From NCBI GenBank assembly GCA_963782915.1, contig CAWALK010000004.1:1-18448 (forward strand): 18,448 bases of DNA, written 5' to 3'. Position numbers and translations under genes: made by a program. The stretch comes from an uncultured archaeon (GTDB lineage: Archaea > Thermoproteota > Bathyarchaeia > Bathyarchaeales > Bathycorpusculaceae). Below are positions 1 through 7,865 of this stretch, piece after piece. How positions within the stretch are numbered: position 1 is the first letter of the stretch; each line of letters opens with the position of its first letter. Below the pieces are notes generated by a model, which was given only the letters and a program-made list of their open reading frames with translations, was not told the origin of the DNA and did not search any database.

Positions 1-1
1 T

Positions 2-79
2 TGGTGGGCCGAGCCGGACTCGGACCGGCGACCTTTGGCTCGTAAAGCCAACGTCCTAACCAGGCTAGACGACCGGCCC
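2..79 (-). tRNA. tRNA-Val: tRNA-Val (anticodon TAC), intronless, CCA genomically encoded
   Basis: The reverse complement folds as a cloverleaf: acceptor GGGCCGG/TCGGCCC, then A-CCA; D-arm GTCT AGCCTGGTT AGGAC; anticodon arm TTGGC-TT-TAC-GA-GCCAA; T-arm GCCGG-TCCGAGT-CCGGC. Confidence 0.96.
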
Positions 80-205
80 ACAGACGTGGCTGGATTAGAG
101 AGATTGCATTTGTTAATATTAGAGTTTTGTTTCTGAACGCCACAAATTATCGCTTTAGGGATGATTGTTGTGGGTATACTTGGGCCCTAATAGAAACTCA
201 TTGCA

Positions 206-236
206 GTACAGAGGGGAGGGGGATCAGCGCAGAGAG
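206..236 (+). repeat. Degenerate copy of the dispersed G-tract intergenic motif
   Basis: GTACAGAGGGGAGGGGGATCAGCGCAGAGAG aligns by eye with 11662-11695 (CTACATATAGGGGAGGGGGGTAGCTGGCAGAGCA). It lies directly past the stop codon of the 238..588 gene. Confidence 0.5.
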
Positions 237-237
237 G

Positions 238-588
238 CTATTTGAATTTGCCCTTGAAGATGGCCCTGAAGAGGTAGATAATTATGGGTATATTGATGAT
301 TACGCGGATGATGTTTGGCCAAACACTAGGTTGAATTGCCAAGTAGTGAACAAGGATTTCCACGCTTGTGCTTAAGGTGTAGATGAAAGTGAATGTGGTG
401 AAGGCAAGACCCAATTTTTTGAGGGAAAGCAAAGCGGGAATAGAGATTATCCAGAGGGAAAGTTCTATCCAATTGACTAAGTCAGCGGTGTCTCCTCCCA
501 GAAGGATGAGCGTCATTAAAATAATGTTAACAATTATCCATGCAGTTATGGCATAGAGTATTGGAGACCGTTGTGTTGCTTGGGCCAC
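238..588 (-). CDS. Small integral membrane protein of unknown function (~4 TM helices)
   Basis: 116-aa ORF with four hydrophobic stretches and a basic C-terminus. GAGG lies upstream of the GTG start, with an AT-rich TATA-like run at ~617-630. Confidence 0.7.
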   Translation of the reverse strand: MAQATQRSPILYAITAWIIVNIILMTLILLGGDTADLVNWIELSLWIISIPALLSLKKLGLAFTTFTFIYTLSTSVEILVHYLAIQPSVWPNIIRVIINIPIIIYLFRAIFKGKFK

Positions 589-697
589 AGGCGTATCCTC
601 AATTGCACTATCAGTTGTTATCTATAATTAATTTTTTGCCGTTTTGAGATAATTTATTATGGATAGCAACAGATAGCTCTGTCTGGGAAGCCAGAAC

Positions 698-2045
698 GTG
701 GATACTAAAAGCGTCAAACAGTTCCTGCTTGCACATTACCCCGTATTGGGGGTGCTGCTGGGCAGCTTACTGATCGCAGCGTCAATGGGCACCTACACGA
801 ACTGGGATTCCCAACTAGAATACGAAGCCGCCTCAAGCGTCCTCACAAGCGGGTTCCCCATGATTTCCACGGGTTTTATGATTAATCAGCCTCCGCTGGG
901 CTTCTATACGGCGGCACCTGTTTTCCAGCTGTTCGGTTTATCCTACCTCAACGGCATCAGCTTTGGCTACGGCGTTTGGGCTCGGCTCAGTTGCCCTCGT
1001 TTATGCACTCGGAACCTTGCTGTATGGTAGAAAGACTGGGTTGGTGGCGTCGGCGCTCTTCGGTCTGGTTCCATGGCACGTTTACATGAGCCGCATCTTC
1101 CTCATAGACAACCAATGCCTATTCTTGAGCCTACTGTTCCTGGTTTTCGGGGTTTTGGCAGTTAAGCGCAACTCTGATAGGCTGCTGCTTGGGGCAGGGA
1201 TATTTTTTGCTTTGGCGTTTTTGACAAAGTTGTTTGCGGTTTTTAGTTTGGTTCCGCTGTTGCTTTTTGTGTTTTTGAACCGAAAAGAAGGCGCCTTTAA
1301 GGTTACAAAAAGAAAACTGCTGCTTTTCCTTGTGCCCTCAATAGTCCTCCAAGCGATATGGTATGGAGGCTTAGCAAACCAGAACTTCAATGCAGTCTAC
1401 TTCAGCAGCGACCTCTCACATCCAGTCTACGTCGATGCCCCAGCAGCCTATCTGCCCACAATTTTGGTTAACAGCACAGGGATTTTCTTGTTTGCCGCCT
1501 CATTCTTCGCGGTAGCGTTTGCAGTTGCATACAGAAGGAAGCTTGCGGGGCACCTTCGAACCGACCTGCTCTGCGTTGCTACTGTCGCGGTTATTTCGGG
1601 GCTAAACCTATTGCTTGTTTTGGGTTTCCGTTTAACGGTGCCCTATGTCAGCGTCTTCAAATACACCTATTTGGCGCTGCCGTTTTTGTGTCTAATCGCC
1701 GCTTCCATAGCCGACAAAGGCGCGAGTTTGCTGGGTTCTGTGGAGTGGAAAAATAAAATCCAATGGATTAAGCCTGCGCTGATTACTGTTGGGCTGGTTT
1801 TAGTATTTGCTTCCTTGCTTGAAAGCGTCCAGTTCCTAAACAGGTGGGTTGATTATGCATGGTTTGGCGTAGACACCGTCACCTATTACCCCTTCAACCT
1901 GTTCTCAAAAACAGTATTCAGCGATATTCTGGTGCCGTTGCAGTATTTTGGGTTGGCTCTTGTGGTGTGCAGTATGTTTCTGCCCACTATTGTTGGTGTC
2001 TTTGGGCGTTTGATGTATGGGTTAAAGAAAATCCTCACAAACTAA
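698..2045 (+). pseudogene. GT-C fold membrane glycosyltransferase (GT39/ArnT/PMT_2-like), split by one extra base
   Basis: ORF 698..1030 carries NWD...QPPLGFY (GT-C N-terminal loop motifs). ORF 963..2045 carries YGRKTGLVASALFGLVPWH, RIFLID and LAFLTK. Removing one T from TTT at 962-964 joins them as ...YLNGISLATAFGLG..., giving 448 aa. The gene may be intact in vivo if the indel is a sequencing error. Confidence 0.8.
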
Positions 2046-3244
2046 GCCTGTTTTTGTTGCCTCTTCGAAAACAAGAAAACAACAATCGAAAGTACCAGAA
2101 GCAAGCTAAGCGAGAAAAATAATCCCAGATACCTCAGGCTTGAGGCGAAGATTACGCCGCTGATTATCGGTCCCAACGTTTGACCCACATCCATCATGGT
2201 AGCTAAGAAACCCATCGAAGCCCCAACCAAAGTGCAAGGAACCAAATCGCACACTAACGGCGAGGTGGAGGAAAGCACGGTTGCAAAAGCCGCGCCATAC
2301 CCGACCGCTAAGAGCAGCAGGACTGGGAACTGGGTTGTAAAGGGAATTGCTCCCACAAGTATGCAGCTGGCGGCGATGCCTGCGATGATGGGTTTAGTTC
2401 GCCCAATCCTATCAGAGATGCGCCCGATTAAGGGTCGAACGATAACTAACGCTACAATCTGGCTTCCAGTGATAACTCCGATTGCGAAGAGGTCCAATCT
2501 CACGACGTCGGTTAAGTAGCCGACTAAGAAGAATTCAACTGAACCGAACACGTAGTATTGGGTTGCTTGGACAAAGCTGACGCCCATGATGCCTCTGTTG
2601 CGGATGAGGTAGAGCCAGCCGCCAAACATTTTCTTAGTCGAGTGCTTTGCAGGCTGTGTTTGGGTGAGGTTTCGTTTTTCAGCCAAAAACAACAGCCCAA
2701 CCACAAACGCGGTTACACCAGCGACGCCCACCGAGAGGTATAATGTGAAGAAACTCTGGTTTGTGGCAAACAGTATGTAGCCGCCCAGAAACGGCGCTAA
2801 TGCTCTGCCTACCGCAGTTGCTGAGTTGAAGAGTGAGATGCGTTCGCCCCGTTTTGTGGGGTATAGTTCTGCGATGGAGGCTTCAGCTACAGGTATGAAT
2901 ATGGCTGTTGCGAAACCATGGAAAAAACGAACCAGCGCAAGAGTCCACCAAGAATCCACACCCAAATAAAGGAAAGGAGCCAAAGCAAAAATGGAGCCTG
3001 CGAGCAGCAGCACTTTGCGTCTGCCAATGTAGTCGGAGAGCGATGCGGCAGGTAAACTGATCAGTATTCCAGGGATGGTTGAAGCTGAAGCGACAATGCC
3101 TAAAAGTTCATTTGGGGTGCCTAAGCTGGTTGCAAAGGGTTTGAGCACGGGATTCTTTGACATGGTGGAGCTTAAGATTGCGAAGAAACCCATGATGCAT
3201 ATGATGGCAAAGAAGATTTTGTGGGAACGGGTAATCTTAAGCAA
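2042..3244 (-). CDS. Major facilitator superfamily transporter
   Basis: 400 aa, ~12 hydrophobic segments, MFS motif A in both halves (SLSDYIGRRKVL; GRISDRIGRTKP). Confidence 0.93.
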   Translation of the reverse strand: MLKITRSHKIFFAIICIMGFFAILSSTMSKNPVLKPFATSLGTPNELLGIVASASTIPGILISLPAASLSDYIGRRKVLLLAGSIFALAPFLYLGVDSWWTLALVRFFHGFATAIFIPVAEASIAELYPTKRGERISLFNSATAVGRALAPFLGGYILFATNQSFFTLYLSVGVAGVTAFVVGLLFLAEKRNLTQTQPAKHSTKKMFGGWLYLIRNRGIMGVSFVQATQYYVFGSVEFFLVGYLTDVVRLDLFAIGVITGSQIVALVIVRPLIGRISDRIGRTKPIIAGIAASCILVGAIPFTTQFPVLLLLAVGYGAAFATVLSSTSPLVCDLVPCTLVGASMGFLATMMDVGQTLGPIISGVIFASSLRYLGLFFSLSLLLVLSIVVFLFSKRQQKQA

Positions 3245-3386
3245 ACACTAAACCCATAAGGAATAGCTTCTGCGGAGATATTTTTTGTTTGCTATCACCC
3301 CAATAAGAATGTTGTTTATTAAGAAAGACCGCATTCCACTAGGAAGTCAACATATTGAAGGCTACCTATTGAGTAACACTCCAAAA

Positions 3387-4064
3387 ATGACCCGCAAGGA
3401 ATACATAAAATCCGCAGTTGCCATTGCCTTAATCGTCGCAGTCGTTTTAGGATTCTTCGTCGGGTTACGGTTCGCCTTAAACGTTGAAGTACCGGTCCGT
3501 GTGGTGGAAAGCGGCAGCATGTGCGTGCCCTACGGTTACTTATGTGATGGTTGGAGCCACACTTTTGAGCCAACACTGCATGTCGGCGACATAATAATCA
3601 TCCAGGGCGTAAAAGCAGAAGATATTAACGATAATTACCCAAACAGTGACATCATAGTTTACCAGAACCCAACCAACCCAACCGATACACCCATCGTGCA
3701 CCGTGTGGTAGCGAAATATCAAATTGATGGGAAATGGTATTTCCAAACCAAAGGCGACGGCAACGGCGAAGACTGGCCAGCCAATGTTTCAGTCAACGAG
3801 TACGATTCAAACTCGATTTGGCATACAGGCCAAGGCGTCCCAGAAGATTTGGTTCTGGGCAAAGTTGTTATGAGGCTTCCATTCTTTGGTCACATAACTT
3901 TGTTTTTGCAGAAGAATTCTTGGGGGTTACCCGTGATTATTGCTTTAATAATTTTGTTGCTATTGGTAGAATTTATTCTTCCGATTATTAGGCCAAAAAA
4001 AGTTAAGCCCGCCGAAGAAGCGGGGGCTGGGGAAGTTCAGCAGTTTACTTTAGTAAGCGGTTGA
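3387..4064 (+). CDS. sec11: Signal peptidase I, archaeal/ER Sec11 type (peptidase S26B)
   Basis: N-terminal TM, VVESGSM (catalytic Ser), IVHRV (His), TKGDGN, GKVV, C-terminal TM. Start placed at ATG 3387 (MTRKEY) rather than the upstream TTG at 3285. Confidence 0.9.
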   Translation: MTRKEYIKSAVAIALIVAVVLGFFVGLRFALNVEVPVRVVESGSMCVPYGYLCDGWSHTFEPTLHVGDIIIIQGVKAEDINDNYPNSDIIVYQNPTNPTDTPIVHRVVAKYQIDGKWYFQTKGDGNGEDWPANVSVNEYDSNSIWHTGQGVPEDLVLGKVVMRLPFFGHITLFLQKNSWGLPVIIALIILLLLVEFILPIIRPKKVKPAEEAGAGEVQQFTLVSG

Positions 4065-4608
4065 CGAAGTCTTGGCAGTTTGCATCTACGTTGTTGCCTG
4101 AAACTATCTTTACAACTGCACTGAGTGTTACTGGGCTATCGGCGGGAAGGGGTGCTACATCCTGCTCAACAACTGTTTGGTTGCTGTTATCGACTTGGAC
4201 ACTGCCGTATCCGAAGACGCCGACTTTTGCGTTTGCGGGTGGGTTGAGGCTGTTTAGGTAGTTCTGGATTGAGCTTGCGGGTTTGCCAGCATATATGGGT
4301 CCTCCGACGACGACTACTGCGTAACCTGTGAGGTTTGCTGCTGTAGAACTTTTTACTCCTGCTAATGTAACATCGTAGCCTTTTTCTTGGAGATTATAGC
4401 CGATTTTTGTGGCTACATCTTTTGCGCCGCCACTCAGGCCAGGGTCATAAACAACTATAGCTTTGCCGATGGCTGCACCGTTGGGTAATGGGTGCGTGTC
4501 TGTGGCAAAGGTTCCTGCGACGTCAAACATGATTAAGCTGAAGCTTGCGATGCCAACGATGATTAATATGGCGAATATTGAGAGAATTATTTTGAAGATT
4601 TTTCGCAT
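4045..4608 (-). CDS. Membrane-anchored flavodoxin-like domain protein
   Basis: N-terminal TM/signal followed by KAIVVYDPGLSGGAKDVA, VVVVGGPIYAGK and KVGVFGYG, which match flavodoxin-fold strand/loop motifs. GAGGAG SD upstream. Confidence 0.75.
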   Translation of the reverse strand: MRKIFKIILSIFAILIIVGIASFSLIMFDVAGTFATDTHPLPNGAAIGKAIVVYDPGLSGGAKDVATKIGYNLQEKGYDVTLAGVKSSTAANLTGYAVVVVGGPIYAGKPASSIQNYLNSLNPPANAKVGVFGYGSVQVDNSNQTVVEQDVAPLPADSPVTLSAVVKIVSGNNVDANCQDFVNRLLK

Positions 4609-4730
4609 ATTTGTTTTCTCCTCTGGTTAGTGCTGTCTAGTTTGGGTTGTCTGCATAAAAATCCTGCGATTTAAAATTCGGGGATTGTTCAACCTTTAGT
4701 TGCATAATCTATGTTTGGTATTAAATAACT

Positions 4731-4747
4731 AAAAAAAGAAAAAGGAA
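4731..4747 (-). terminator. Oligo-T archaeal terminator candidate
   Basis: Minus strand reads TTCCTTTTTCTTTTTTT starting a few nt after the stop at 4755. Confidence 0.55.
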
Positions 4748-4754
4748 GCAGAGG

Positions 4755-7537
4755 TTAGTCGGCTTTCCAGACCTGCACCTTAACATATTGCCAATATGGG
4801 TCGTCTGCGCCGCGGTAGAGCGTCAAAGTATTCAGTCCAGTTGAAATCCTAGCCAAACCAACTTCAATCGTAAGGTCGGGTTTAACTACAATCATATCAT
4901 ACGAATTTGTCGCTTCTGAGTATGCGTAGCCTGCGATTGCGTATCCCCCGTCTGGTGTAGCGACTAGGGCTCTTCCTCGTTCCATGTCTGCTCCACCAAA
5001 GGTTTTGCTCCATTCCAAAGTACCGTTGCTAAATGCCTTAACGAGTAACATGTCATATGAGCGTGTTGTTCTCGATTGAGTGTAGCCGCCTATTGCGTAT
5101 CCGCCGTCACCTGTAGCAATCAATGAGTAGCCATAATCATTGCTTGTTCCACCGTAAGTTTGGTTCCACTGCATAGTACCGTTAGCGTCAGTTTTGAGCA
5201 AGTACACATCGCTTGAATAGGTTATTGGTGAGTATGTCACACCTGCTATTGCGTATCCGCCGTCAAGTGTAGCAGCTAATGAATAACCGTACTCGTCGTA
5301 TGTTGAGTTGTAGATTTGGCTCCATTGCAAAGTACCATTAGCATAGGTTTTAAGCAAAAGCAAATCGCTTGTTTCTGTGGTTGAGGAATATGTCATTCCG
5401 GCCATTGCGTATCCGCCATCTGAGGTTATGACCATAGAGTAGGCAAGTTCATCGTCTGTTCCGCCGTAGGTTTTACTCCATTGCAGAGTACCGTTAGCAT
5501 CAGTCTTGACCAAGTACACATCCTCTGAAGTCGATGTATAGATGTAGCCTGATATTGCGTAGCCGCTGTCGGGTGTTTGAACAACTGAATATCCGTAGGA
5601 ATCGTCTGTGCCATATGTTTGGCTCCACTGTAAAGTGCCATTAACGTCTGTTTTGACTAGAAGCATTTTGTTATCGGAGTAGCCTGATATTGCGTAGCCG
5701 CCGTCACTTGTTTGGATTATGCAGTATCCGCGGTCGTTGCCTGTGAAGTCATAGCTTTTACTCCACTCAAAAGTGCCATCACTTTTAGTCTTAACTAGAT
5801 ACACGTCGTAGGATGCCCCCATTGGCGAACCTGTGTAGCCTGTTATTGCAAAGCCGCCGTCTTTGGTGTTAATCATTGAATAGGCATATTCACGGTTGTT
5901 GCCGCCATAGGTTTGTGTCCAATCCAACGTACCGTTGCCAAGGGTCTTAACAAGGTAGATTCCATTCAATTCTGTTGTCTGCGCTATGGTATAGCCTGCT
6001 ATTACATAGCCGCCGTCAGAGTGTTGCAACAACTGCATGTCCACTTTCTTGGTTTGTACCCACCGTAGGTTTGGTTCCAGCATAGAGTGCCGTTTGCATA
6101 TGTCTTAAGTAATAAAATGTCTTCATTGTCACCATTATACGTGTAACCGGCTACTACTAATCCGCCGTCGTTTGCCTCAACCATTGAATAGCCATAGTCA
6201 TCTCTTGTTGCCGGGAGTGTTAGGTTCCAATTTAGGGCACCGTTTGCGTGTATCTTAAGCAAGTAAACGTTTGAGTAGCCAGTCGTGTAAGTATTGCCTG
6301 CGATTACAAATTCACCGTCACTAGTTGCAATCATTGAATAACCGTTTTCAGAGCCTTCACTGCCGCCATAGGTTCTGTTCCATTCCATAATGCCAGCGGA
6401 ATTTGTTTTAACAAAGTAAATATCGGATTCCCATGTTGTTTCGTTGTTTATTGTGCCTGCAAGTGCATATCCACCATCGGATGTTTGAACTACGGAATAT
6501 GCGGTTTGGCCGCCGTATGTTTTGTTCCATACCAAAGTGCCGTCACTAGAAGTCTTAACTAGATACATGCCAGTGTTGGCTACGCCGGCAATTGCATATC
6601 CATGATCTGATGTCTGAATTAACCAGCGTCCGTATGAGTAGTCTTCTCCATAGGTTTGGTTCCACTCTAAAAATCCTGTTGAGTTAGTTTTTAGTAGAAG
6701 TGCGGTCTCTGCTTCATAAATTGTTGAAAGAGCAGAACCTGTTATGGCATATCCACCGTCAGAGGTTTCAACTACACAGTACCCAACATTATAGTTCGGT
6801 AAATCATAGGTTCTGGACCATTCTATGTAGCCATAACTGTCCGTCTTGAGTAGAAAAACAGTGTATCCTTCTATGCCTACTTCTTCAACAGCACCCGTTA
6901 TAACGTAGCCACCATCGCTGGCATTTGCCATTGATAGTGGATAATAACTGAAGCTTTCGCCGTAAGTTTGGGTCCAACCTAATATGGTCGAGGATTCGAG
7001 TCCAAGATATTTTTGATGTATATTACCGTGTGAATCCATGCCTTCTAATTGCACTATTAGGTCTGTGCTGTTGAGGTTATGTGCGAGGGTAAAGTTTTGT
7101 CCTGCGAGTTTGCTTATGTCGACCCACCCGCTATTGTAATCAGCGGAATTGTCAACTTCAAGATTTGATTGTTTCTCCCAAGTTCCCATTCCGACTTTTG
7201 TGTAAACGTCGTTGGTGGTTTTGTCTAAGTAGTAGCTGCCGACTGCACCTAAGCTAGGTGATGGAGCGCCTTGACCGCTGTACCATGTGGCGCCGTCGGT
7301 TCCTCTTACGCCTGATGCTCCGTTAGCGCCTTTTGCGCCGGGTTCACCGGTTGCTCCGGGCGCTCCTGTTGGGCCGGGGGTTCCTGTGTCTCCTTTTTCG
7401 CCTTGTTCACCTGTTGCAGTGTTTACGCCGGAATTTACAACTAAAGTTGATATACCGGCTGACACTGCGCAACAAACTAAGCAAGTAACCAAGATGATAA
7501 CGATTAGAATATTTTTTTCAACTGTTATTTTAGCCAT
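4755..7537 (-). pseudogene. Cell-surface protein: N-terminal TM, collagen-like stalk, 14 beta-propeller-type repeats; split by two extra bases
   Basis: ORFs 6002..7537 and 4755..6083 share the repeat W-x-x-TYGG...GYS-x-x-x-T-x-DGGYAIAG...LLKTD-x-NG. Removing one base at 6059-6061 and one at ~6021 restores WNQTYGGTNQESGHAVVATSDGGYVIAG, giving 926 aa. Confidence 0.85.
7286..7411 (-). repeat. Collagen-like (Gly-X-Y)14 tract
   Basis: GEQ GEK GDT GTP GPT GAP GAT GEP GAK GAN GAS GVR GTD GAT. Confidence 0.92.
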
Positions 7538-7541
7538 TAAT

Positions 7542-7582
7542 ACACCCTTTTATGTAAGGACTGAGCCCTAACTATAAAAAAT
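7542..7582 (-). promoter_or_regulatory. TATA box and SD-like element for the collagen/propeller gene
   Basis: Minus strand has TTTTTATA at 7575-7582 and GGGTG a few nt before the ATG at 7537. Confidence 0.5.
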
Positions 7583-7831
7583 TATTCAATAGCAATACAT
7601 GCGATAATGGACGTACTTACCAAGAGTTAGCAATTGCCTCAACTTTTTCTTAAATTGTTGCTATGTAGGCATTAATCGCTCGGGTACTCAACGATATAGG
7701 ACATTAGATACTTACTGCCTTAATCCCTATCGTCATCGCACTCGCGGGTTGTTTGTTGTTAATGAAGGATACAGAAAGCAACCGCCAAACAAAACAGCAA
7801 ACTCTCGGGTTGTGTGCGTTAAAAGTGTGAT

Positions 7832-7859
7832 AAAAATGGTTGATCCCCAAAATGGGGAT
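7832..7859 (-). terminator. Hairpin plus T5 terminator candidate after the restored beta-helix gene
   Basis: Inverted repeat ATCCCCA-AAA-TGGGGAT (7843-7859) lies 6 nt past the restored stop at 7866, followed by TTTTT on the minus strand (7832-7836). Confidence 0.55.
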
Positions 7860-7865
7860 TGGGTT

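Noticed and set aside
1-80. tRNA-Val as an integration (att) site
   Set aside because: No duplicate of the tRNA 3' end and no integrase in the window; the tRNA 3' flank lies outside the window.
127-375. 82-aa + strand ORF
   Set aside because: Antisense overlap with the more credible membrane-protein gene, runs through the repeat copy, and has no motifs.
6002-6058. Cys-rich C-terminus WTCSCCNT as a metal-binding tail
   Set aside because: Out-of-frame product of the frameshift; the third frame matches the repeat consensus.
4870-6980. Regularly spaced DNA repeats (e.g. GCGTAKCCGCCGTC) as a CRISPR-like array
   Set aside because: Spacing is ~130-150 nt and in frame; they encode the DGGYA protein repeat.
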